Shown: piece after piece, positions 40,901 through 52,900 of the stretch
Position numbering within the stretch: position 1 is the first letter of the stretch
Layout: every line of letters begins with the position of its first letter
From: Flectonema sp. DT1601
Lineage: Eukaryota
Length of the DNA: 64,000 nt
NCBI GenBank assembly: GCA_964019425.1
Contig: OZ025797.1
Location: 806,001-870,000 of the forward strand
Direction: 5' to 3'
Made by a program: the position numbers and the translations under genes
Notes under the pieces: generated by a model
Databases searched by the model: none
The model's input: the letters and a program-made list of their open reading frames with translations, nothing else
What the model was told of the DNA's origin: nothing

Positions 40901-43900
40901 CCCTCCGTAATTCGTAGGACACGACTCACAACGAGCGCCAGTCCACGGGAATGAGCATCCGCTACACGTGCAGACCAACGGATTCTCAAACGAGTCCGTC
41001 CCAACAACACTCGCACGACTGTTGCAGTGCTGCACATTCGTACACAGCAAACAGTCCCCATTGGCCTTCACATATCCTTGAGCACATCCATCACAAACAT
41101 CTCCCACTTCCCGGAACCGCACAGGACACTCTTCGCAGTCACTCGCCTCAACCCACCTTCCCGTGCAGCTGCAAGTACACCTCGTGCGGGCAGCATTCGA
41201 CGTCACAGACGAACTGTGTCCGAAGCAATCATTCTCAACAGAGCAAGCCCTGCACGAAGATCCCGCAACAACGTACCCCACAGCACACAGCTCGCAGCGT
41301 GACCCCGCGTATCCTTCGTTGCAGGCACAATCACACTCAGTCTGTGCCCCGTTCGCACTCGCCACTCCGCGGCTACCGCAGTGAGCGTCCCCACGACACT
41401 CCTCACAAAGCTCGTTATATCCGCTCCCGAGGATGTGGTTGCTCGCACACTTCCCGCATCCTCCGTTCGTGTCACGGGCAAACGTCGCAGCACACTCTCC
41501 GCAAGCCAATCCCGTGTAACGGGTCTTGCATTCACAGTCACACTGCGTCTTCAGCCCATTCACTCCCCAAGATTTCGCATTCCCGTTGCAGTTCCCGGCA
41601 TTCGTGCACATCCCACACGTCGGGTAGTCGTATCGCTCCGCCCCACACTCCCTGCAGTTCGCAGTAACGTCGAATTCACTCGGGCAGTTGTTGCAGCTCG
41701 TCCCCGTCCACTGGTGCATACACTTCGTGCAAGTGCAAGTCAACATGTTCATGTCCACCTCAATCACACCGTCTGACCTGCTGTTGCAGTGGTCCTCGCT
41801 CGTGCACTCGTCGCACACAGGGTACCCGACACGTCCTCCCGAACACGCGTCGCAGTCCGATCCCGCGAATCGTCCAGGGCACGTCCCACAGAACTCACCT
41901 GTCCACTGCGTCCCTGCCTTGCAAGTGCACAAGCACACGTTCCCGTCACTCGTCACAGAATCCGCGTGACCGTTGCAGTCCCCAGCCACCGTGCACTGTC
42001 GGCAACCTGGGTACTCCACCCTCCCCACAGCACAGCTCCTGCAGTCTGGATCCACGCTGTAGATCTCCGGACACGTCGAGCAGTCCAATCCCGTCCACTG
42101 GTGTCGGCAGTCGCAAGTGCATCCATCGATCCCTGCTGCGTGGTTCGAACAGTCATCTTCAACAGTGCAGCGAGTGCACGTCGGGTAGTCACGGTAGCCA
42201 TAAGCACAAGCATCGCAGTTTCGACTGCTGTCGAAGCGAGTCGGGCAGTAGTCACAAGTGTATCCCGTCCACTGCGCAACATCGCAGTTGCACACGCAGA
42301 TTCTACTCGCGAACCCGACAGGTGTTTGGGTTTCCGCTGTCGACGCCCTTCCATTGCAAATAGCATTCGTGCACGGCTCGCATGTCGGATAGTTGTCTAG
42401 ACTCGACGGCGCACATGTGTCACAGAGTTCAGTCTGCTCGTACCTGCTGGGGCAATAACTACAGTCGTTGCCATCCCATCGATTATCACAATTACAAATA
42501 CTATCAGTACCTTCTTCATTAGGCAAGGACCCTCCATGACTATTGCAGTCGCCATCTCGGGTACAGAGGCGACAGCCAACAGATGGGTCGAGAGCTCTAC
42601 CAACGTAATTGTTTAATACATCGCAAGTATTACAACTACTACCGGTGAAGCCAACCTTACAGATACAGACACAAGGTGTGTCACCTCCAAGTGATGACAC
42701 GGATATCGCATTTCCATTGCAGTGAAGATCAATGGAACAGAGTTCGCAATCACTACCAGCGTAGTTTGAAGAACAGGCGAAACAATCAGAAGCAGTGGTG
42801 TACCTAACGGGACAGTTTTGACATGAAGAACCAAACCAGTTGTTACGACACTGATGACAAACACAGGAATACTTATCATCTGATGATCCAACTGATAATG
42901 AATTCCCATTACAATGTTCTTCAGAAGTACACAACACACAAGACTTTAATTCACTTGAAACAGAAGTACGACACATTGATCCTTTAAAGTAATTATTACC
43001 TGACTCAAATAGATATCCTGGAGTACCTTCACGAGTTGGATAAAATCTACAATATTGATACTGCTCATGGTACTGACAACAACCTGCTTCACCATAAGAC
43101 TCACAACAGTGATGACACTGAGATGATGTTATTGCGTCTGGACAGTTAATATAAAATGGATTTGGTCTACAAGAAACTCCATTACTGAAAGTATCGCAGT
43201 AAGAGAGGCGACTTGACTTCCTTGACGTTCCAATTTGTTTTGTTTTGAAATTTCTCGTTGTGGTTGAAGAACACAATTTTGGACCACTCACACGACCAGG
43301 TGACTCACCTATTTGAGTCTGTTGACCAACTTGTTTGTTTGCTTTCAGATAACACATTCCTGTTGTGTTGTAAGTCCAGAACTCACACTCTGAGTGGGCT
43401 TGACATATCTGTTGACAGTGGAGTGCAGTGAGTGACGGATGTTTTGATAATGTGTTATCAAACCCAACACCGTAGTACTCGCTACTCATGTCAAAGCAAC
43501 TGCAAGGTCGACATTCTTGATGACTGTCAGCAACCTGTTCCTTTGCTGAGTCAACAGATACTCCAGAAACTTGAAGAGATAATATCAACTGACCACAAGT
43601 CTGTCCCTGAGGTCCAATTATTAAATTCCAAGTTGGTGCTTCTGGAGAGCATGAGTCAGGTAGACACGCACCACATTCATGAGAGTGTAGTGAAGCAGCT
43701 TGTTTACGAGCTTCATAATCAGATAAACCAGAAACAATACCAGAAGTAATTACATCACCACAAGTCTTTCTTGGTGATGAAAGAGGGATTTCAACTCCAC
43801 TCACTAGAGAACAAGAATCAGCGCAGTCAACTCTAATTGAATGAACACTGAATGCTGAATCACCATTTTGATCAGCAGATCCAAAGTCCAATCGAATATG

Positions 43901-46900
43901 AGTGACGTCATGTTTGATAGAATCGAATGAATGAATTGTAAACCTCCCAAAGGCAAACTCTGATGCTGGATCCGTGTAAGTCGTGAACTGACCTTCACCA
44001 AACTTGTTATTGTTGGTGTCGTAGCTGCCAAACATTTTCTCACGTTGAGTAACAACTGTCCATGATAATCCTCCATTGGTTGAGATTGATATCTTTATTC
44101 CAGAATATCCAGTTGAAAATGATTCTTTATTAACTAATATCGATACACTAGAAACACTATAAGAACCATGCAGGCTCAGCTTAACAAAGAAACCAGTCGC
44201 TGTACTCTGTCTGAATCGCACTAGGCTTATCTTCCCGTTAAGCGCTGCGTTGATGTTACCTCTGATGCTTATTGCGTCAAGGTTGTGTTGTCCTTCGTTG
44301 TTTTTCATTACTCCAATAATACCTGTTATACTACAGTGACCAATAGAAGTAGGTTTATTCCATGATGTCACATGGTTAATTTCGATATTCTGAAAGCTGA
44401 CGCTACCAGAATCCCCAGCCTTGAACACCATTTCAATATCAGTAGCACCAGCTATCTGCTTTGAGAAGATGTGTTTTGTTGGAACAGATGCGTCGAAACC
44501 TGCTGCAGGATCATCACCGTTGCTGTAGAATTGCTCATCACGTCTGTGGACCTGCTCGTAGAGACCTCCTCTGCTAACGCTAATAATAACTCCAGCATAT
44601 CCTGGTAAGCTGCCATCATCGGATGTGCCGACGAGTACAGAAATACTTTCCACATCAGTGGCAGCTCCGAGGTGTAAATATAAAATTACGTTATCACCTT
44701 GTTGAGTAGATATGGTAAAAGCTGAATTAATATTCCCATTTAGTACTTGTGATGGGTCTGATGATGTCACAACAGTTCCATCAGAAAGCTTTACAACTCC
44801 AGTGATGAATGGCAACTCTGAGTGTCCACAACAGTCTGCGAAGGTACCATCATCGTCAGGGCAGCAGTTTCCAGTTTTGTCAGCCGATACACATCTTGGA
44901 TGGGATGCGCACTGTTCATCACTTAAAGGTGCATCAGAGTAGCCATCATCACACTGTTCACATCTGTCTCCTGTCCATCCTGTTGAGCAAACACATAAAC
45001 AAGATTCAGAAGTGTATCCAGTTGGTTCAACAGAAGATGCATGATTACTACAATGTTCTTTAATAGAACAAGGAGTACATCTCGGGTACTCAACGTATCC
45101 AGGTGCACACTCATCACAGTCCTGACCTCCATAATTATGTGGACAGGAAGCACAGTGAGGTAGCATCCACTGATGTTTACACTCACAGAAGCAGTTCGTT
45201 TGTTCGATGTCAATATTAACTCGTGTTGCGTGACTGTTACAGTAAGATAGATCACAAACAGAACAAGAAGGATAATTAATCCTACCAATAGCGCATTGTC
45301 TACAATTGCTACCAGCATACATCGATGGACAGCTATCACACAAATCGCCGACCCATTGATTTACGCAATTACATTTACAACTGTCTGCCGCTGCTGTTCG
45401 AACTACGTCAATGACGCCCTCATTCTTACAGTGACAGCGAGAGCACTCTGGGGTACGTACTCTCCCTGGTGCACATTGAGAACAGTCAGAAGTTTGCGAA
45501 TATTTCGAATCACAAGTATCACATTGATTACCTCTCCAGTAATTCCTGCAGCTACAGATACAACGATCCGTACCGTCACTTGTAACAGACGTTGCGTGAC
45601 TTGCACAGTTATCCACAATAGTGCACTCACCACAGGCTGGGTAGTCGTACCTCCCAAATTCGCATCTGCCGCAGTTTTGACCACCAAAGCGGTCAGCGCA
45701 AGTCTCACAATTATCACCAGTCCAGCTGTTTATACAACTATTACACACGCATCTATCTCTTGAAGGGGTGCTTGTGAAATCATTTGACCTCCAAAAGCAA
45801 TCCCGCGAAGTACATTCTCTGCATTCATTACCGCCATCGATGTCCAGGTAGTAGCCCTCCGAGCAGATGCTGCAATCTCTGTTTGAGTCCCATCCAACTG
45901 GGCATCTCTGACAGCTTGTGCCTTCCCAACGATGTCTGCAAGTGCAGCCGCAGTTATTATTATTTGAAGATTGAATATTAACAACACCGTGATTTGTACA
46001 ATCATTTGATGTGCACATCCTACAAGTCGGATGGTTTGTGAATCCGGAAGTACATTCAACACAATTTGGTAACTTGAAGTTCGCAGGACACTCGTCGCAG
46101 GCATCACCAATCCAATTACCTATGCAATTACAAAGACAACGAGACCTGTCTGTGAGAGAACCAATCACTCGTCCATTTCCATTGCAGTGGACGTTAGAAC
46201 TGCATCTCACACACGACGGAGCAATTCCAACAAAGTCTGCCGAACATTTATTACAATCGCTGTCAGGATCAATGCCTCCTGAACATTGTTGACAATTGGT
46301 ACCTGTCCAGTGGTTCCTACAACTGCAAACACAATTACGTTGATTATGATCAGTAGAAACAGATATCGCATTATTATTACAATCAGATACTGTACAGACT
46401 CTACAGTTTGGATAATTAATATGTAGCGGAGAACACTTTGAACAATCTCTGCTGGGATCATATATCTCAGGACAAGTACTACAGGTAGTGTCAGTCCATT
46501 GATGTCTACAAGTACAGTGACAGGTGTCATCAATGGCTCCAGATGACTCTGCTTTCCAGGCATTTCCAGAACAGTCAGTTGACACTTCACAAGATCGACA
46601 GGTATCAAAATCAACGTGATTGACACGACACTTGTCGCAGTCATTTCCGCTGTAGGGGTAGTCGCAGTTTTGACATCTCTTTCCACTCCACTTGTTGAGA
46701 CATTCACAAACACACTCCGTGTGACCAGCGCTACTTGTAACTGAACTAGCATGCCCACTACAATGAGTATCAACTTCACACTTAACACATGATGGATAAC
46801 TAATATAACCTTCAGAACATTCTCCACAATTGGCTGTCACTGAATAGATTTGATTACATTCTGAACATGTTGGTCCTGACCATTCATTCTGACAGCTACA

Positions 46901-49900
46901 CTGACATGTTGTGTGACTACTATCTGACCAGGTTGTCATAGCGTGTCCAGAGCAGTGAGTGTTGGTAGTGCAAAGTTCACAGTTTGGGTATCCAATACAA
47001 TTAACATCACATTTATCACAAAGTGTTCCAGTATATCCCTGACTGCACTCACACTGACATCCAGATCCAGGACGTGACCAGCTGTTGTCTGCATGTCCAT
47101 TACAATGAACTTCTGTACTGCAAGGTTCACACAGTGGGTGGTTGAAGTTAGCAGCACAAGTATTACAACTCTCGCCCGTGTATTGAGGAGGGCAGAAATC
47201 GCAAGTAGAACCTTCCCAGTTTCCAATGCAGTCACAATAACATGAAATACCATCAGTACTTGTTGCAGTTACTGCATGTCCACTACAATGTGTTTGTACT
47301 CGACAAGGAACACAATTATTTTGGTAGTCGATGTGGTTGGCTGTGCATTCATCGCAATCAGGTCCTCCAAACTGGTACGGGCAGACAGAGCATCGAGGAC
47401 CAGTCCATTTGTTCTTACAGCTGCAGACACAACCTGTGTGATCACTGTTTGATCTTACAGTTGTAGCGTGGTTACTGCAGTGATCTTCAACTGTACAGGC
47501 CCCACACTCTGGATAAATAAAATATCCCTCAGCACACTGTCCGCAATCAGCTGAAGCATCAAACTGACTAGGACATGAAAGACAAGAAGTTACTTCACTC
47601 CATTGATCTCTGCAACTACACAAACATCCATCTTGGTTAGAATTACTTTGAACTGAATTCGCATGGCCGTGACAGTGAATACCAACATCACAAAGAATAC
47701 AGTCCGGGTAGTTAATTCGACCTACTTTACATCTTTTACATCCCTGACTCTCATCATAAATATCAGGGCAGGTACCACATGAGGGTCCAGTCCATTGATG
47801 AGAACAAATACAATCACATGACTGACCATCAGTTGCTGTTACAGTAGTAGCATGGTTACTGCAATGATCAGACACAGTACACAGAAGACAGGTTGGGAAT
47901 TGAATGTGATTTGAAGCACATTCCTGACAGTCTCTTGAGAGATCATACTTTGGAGGACAGTAATCACAGTTAGTACCTTCCCATGGAAGATCACAACTAC
48001 AAATACAATTCTTATGTTCGCTATCTGATACAACTTCTGAAGCTCTTCCACTACAGTCATCTGTTACTGTGCATTCAATGCAGTCACTTCCAATGTAACC
48101 ATCAGAACATCCATCACATGTTGTTTGTTCATAATTATTAGGACACGCTGCACAACTGTTACCTTTCCATTGATTAGAACAACTACATTCACAACCATCT
48201 TTATTTATATTAGAAATAACTACATCAGCGTGATTACTACAATGTTCATTTATTGTACACTTTATACACGATGGGTAGTTTATGTAACCAACGTCACACC
48301 TGTCACACGTTTGTCCAGTGTAGCCGATCTTACAGCCAGGTTCTGGAGGATCTTTGTTAGATAGTTGTCCATTACATAAAGGTTGTTGAGTGAATGTAAT
48401 CTCATCACTCTGTCGAGTACATATGTAGCTGTCGTATTCTAAAGAAGGGAATCCAATTACATTATCTGATGGTAGTTTTGATAAAAAGAAACATCTGTGA
48501 CGATTATCATTCGAATCGGAGAGTTGGAAAGTCGTACCAACACATCCATGTATTACTTCACACATTAACTTACAATGACTAGCACTGGCTACAACTTGAC
48601 TTGGAGATTCACCAAACATACTAACAGCTGTTGGGTTCATCGATTGAAGTAATGACGTAGAAGAGTACGATGTCCAACTACTGCAGATGCTGGGTTTTGG
48701 TTTTTCACATATCTGTGATACATGTGCACTGCTGCCGATACCAACTGTAATACCGTCGACTGAATTTGGTCTGACCAGAACAGAACTTATGAAGTAACAG
48801 ATTTGATATTCTCGATGACTCGCATCTATCTTCCTCCACGTGAACCCAACGCAGTCGGACATTTCTTCACATTTCTCCAGACAGGACCGCATGCCAACCT
48901 TCTCTGGATGGAAGACGTAGCTACTTGCTATTGTGTGACTCGTGGCAGTTTGGCGCAGGTCTACGTTGTCAAATATTCTCCATGAGCACTTTATGTCATC
49001 CACACTAGTAGTGGAGCATCCGCAAGTCGCCGGGCGTTCCGTGTTGGGTTCGATGGTACAATCTCCAGTGCAATCACTTTCATCAACAAATTTTAAGCTA
49101 CACATACTTGGGTTTCGACAGGTTAAACTGTTTTCTTCACATGTTGGAAGTGACGATGGAGGACCCATGCAAACGCATTCTTCTTGATCGGCATCAGGTC
49201 TGACAGATGACGCATGTCCATTACACATTGCAGTACTACACTTCGTACAGACATTATTATTACCACTCGATGTCTTTATGAAATCAATCTTACAAGTTTG
49301 GCAGTCGGAAGACTGTTCAACTCCAAATGGACACAACGAACACGACTCACCATGCCAGTAATTTCTACAACTACACACACATTCATTCAACCCTACGTCA
49401 CTCGTTACTGAATCAGCTCTGTTGTTGCAATGGTCTTGAACATTGCATTCGATACAATTAATATTACCGTTGGTACCAATATCAATAAATCCAATTGAAC
49501 AGATTGGTGATACACCAGAGCAGTCATATTCAACAAAGCATAACTCACATTGATTACCAGAGTACGGATGTTTACAATCACAAGAACAACCATTGTCAAT
49601 AACAGTACTTGCTGTTGAGTGACCACTACAATAGGAGTCATCACAAGTCACATCGCAGTCAGGCCAGTTGAAGATGTGCGCCGCACACTCACTGCAACCA
49701 ATGCCACCGTAATTCGAAGGACACGACTCACAACGAGCGCCAGTCCACGGGAACGAGCATCCGCTACACGTGCAGACCAACGGATTCTCAAACGAGTCCG
49801 TCCCAACAACACTCGCACGACTGTTGCAGTGCTGCACATTCGTACACAGCAAACAGTCCCCATTGGCCTTCACATATCCTTGAGCACATCCATCACAAAC

Positions 49901-52900
49901 ATCTCCCACTTCCCGGAACCGCACAGGACACTCTTCGCAGTCACTCGCCTCAACCCACCTTCCCGTGCAGCTGCAAGTACACCTCGTGCGGGCAGCATTC
50001 GACGTCACAGACGAACTGTGTCCGAAGCAATCATTCTCAACAGAGCAAGCCCTGCACGAAGATCCCGCAACAACGTACCCCACAGCACACAGCTCGCAGC
50101 GTGACCCCGCGTATCCTTCGTTGCAGGCACAATCACACTCAGTCTGTGCCCCGTTCGCACTCGCCACTCCGCGGCTACCGCAGTGAGCGTCCCCACGACA
50201 CTCCTCACAAAGCTCGTTATATCCGCTCCCGAGGATGTGGTTGCTCGCACACTTCCCGCATCCTCCGTTCGTGTCACGGGCAAACGTCGCAGCACACTCT
50301 CCGCAAGCCAATCCCGTGTAACGGGTCTTGCATTCACAGTCACACTGCGTCTTCAGCCCATTCACTCCCCAAGATTTCGCATTCCCGTTGCAGTTCCCGG
50401 CATTCGTGCACATCCCACACGTCGGGTAGTCGTATCGCTCCGCCCCACACTCCCTGCAGTTCGCAGCAACGTCGAATTCACTCGGGCAGTTGTTGCAGCT
50501 CGTCCCCGTCCACTGGTGCACACACTTCGTGCAAGTGCAAGTCAACATGTTCATGTCCACCTCAATCACACCGTCTGACCTGCTGTTGCAGTGGTCCTCG
50601 CTCGTGCACTCGTCGCACACAGGGTATCCGACACGTCCTCCCGAACACGCGTCGCAGTCTGATCCCGCAAATCGTCCAGGGCACGTCCCACAGAACTCAC
50701 CCGTCCACTGCGTCCCTGCCTTGCAAGTACACAAGCACACGTTCCCGTCACTCGTCACAGAATCCGCGTGACCGTTACAGTCCCCAGCCACCGTGCACTG
50801 TCGGCAACCTGGGTACTCCACCCTTCCCACAGCACAGCTCCTGCAGTCTGGATCCACGCTGTAGATCTCCGGACACGTCGAGCAGTCCAATCCTGTCCAC
50901 TGGTGTCGGCAGTCGCAAGTGCATCCATCGATCCCTGCTGCGTGGTTCGAACAGTCATCTTCAACAGTGCAGCGAGTGCACGTCGGGTAGTCACGGTAGC
51001 CATAAGCACACGCATCACAGTTTCGACTGCTGTCGAAGCGAGTCGGGCAGTAGTCACAAGTGTATCCCGTCCACTGCGCAACATCGCAGTTGCACACGCA
51101 GATTCGACTCGCGAACCCGACAGGTGTTTGGGTTTCCGCTGTCGACGCCCTTCCATTGCAAATAGCATTCGTGCACGGCTCGCATGTCGGATAGTTGTCT
51201 AGACTCGACGGCGCACATGTGTCACAGAATTCAGTCTGCTCGTATCTCGAAGGACATCTGCCGCAGTGATCGCCAGTCCATCGATTGTCACAATTGCAAA
51301 CACAATCCGTACCTGCCTCACTTGGTAATGAGTTTCCGTGGCCATTGCAATCGTCTGCCCTGGTGCAGAGGCGGCATTCTCGGCGATGAAGTGCAACACC
51401 AGCATATCCGATAGAGGAATGACAGGTATCACAATTAGTTCCAAAGTATCCGACTAAACATCTACACAAACAGGTTCTTCTATTAGCTGATGACGATACA
51501 AAACCAGCGTTACCATTACAATGCAGATCGTTGGTGCATTCGTCGCACGAGTCACCGTAGCGGCCTTCGGCGCAGGTGTTGCAATCATTGCCTCCGTAAA
51601 TGAGAGGACAAGATTCACAATTAGGTCCTGACCATTTATTACGACAGGTACACTCACAAGATGTTTGATCATTGTTTGGTGACACAGAAGTAGCATGATT
51701 AGAACAGTGTGTTGAAACATCACAAGTAGAACACACAAATTGAGAACGAGATGAACAATCACAAGCAGTAGGAGATAAACAAACAGATACCGATGATATC
51801 GAAGGGATTGTGTTTTGACAACTACCAGAGTATAGTCGACATGTTTGATCACGATGAGTAAAGATATCAGCAGAACTTTGGATAGCTGTTCTGTAGCAAT
51901 CACTAACAGTTGCTTGTTCAACCAGTTGAAGAAATACACAATCCTGACCAGCTTGAATTGCAACACCACTTGTCCTTGAACAAACAGTATCTAATGAGAT
52001 TGAAGTATCAGAGCATTGATTACAATAACTTCCAGTCCATCTGTTGTTACAGTTACAGATACATTCATTTCTATTAAAGTTACTGGTGACAGTTATCGCG
52101 TGACTATTACAATGAATTCTATTAGTACAGAGAATACACTTTTTATCATCATCATCTGTAATGTATCCCTCAGAACACTCATCGCAATCTGTTCCAGTCG
52201 ATCCTTCTGGACACACTCCACAACGAGGACCAGTCCAGAAGTTTCGACAAGTACAATCACATAATGTTTTCTCGTTATTAGTTGTAACAGACTCAGCGTG
52301 ATTATTGCAATGAACTTGACTAGTGCACTGCTCACAAGTTGGGTAGTTCTTATACCCAATTGAACATGTGTTACACTCATCTCCATTATATTGATCTGGA
52401 CAGGTTTCACATGTACTTCCTATCCATTGATTAGCACATGTACAAACACAAGTACCTTTCGCAGAGTCTGATGTTACTGAAATTGAATGTCCTCTGCAAT
52501 GAACGCTATCTTGACATTGATAACAAGAAGGATAATTAATACATCCGACAGTACATTCATCACAGTTATTACCCGAGTACGGTAGACTACAACTGTCGCA
52601 AGTCGGTCCTGTCCACTGATCATCGCAACTACATTGGGGACAAGTTGTAGGAGATGCACCAATCAACGATCCATGAGATGAACAATGAGTAATTGGACAA
52701 ACACAATCAGATCCAATGAATCCTTCTCGACATTTATCACAATCAAGACCATCATAGTTTGGAGGACAAACAGAACAATCAGAACCAGTCCAATAATTAG
52801 AACATCGACACTCACAAGTTACTTTATTACTAGTCACTGCTATTGCGTGATTAGAACAGTCTTCAGCTATTCGGCATCTGATGCACTTTTGTGGACCCAA

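Noticed and set aside
25624..51202. Long plus-strand and alternate-frame ORFs in the repeats (469, 470, 354, 279, 238 aa etc.)
   Set aside because: Shadow ORFs: GC-rich repeat DNA lacks stops, the products are low-complexity His/Arg/Ser/Thr-rich, and their lengths vary between near-identical copies.
25500..51246. The 1.62-kb GC-rich blocks as transposon, intein or viral insertions
   Set aside because: They encode the same EGF-like modules in frame, with no transposase, terminal repeats, target-site duplications or intein motifs, and their boundaries are ragged.
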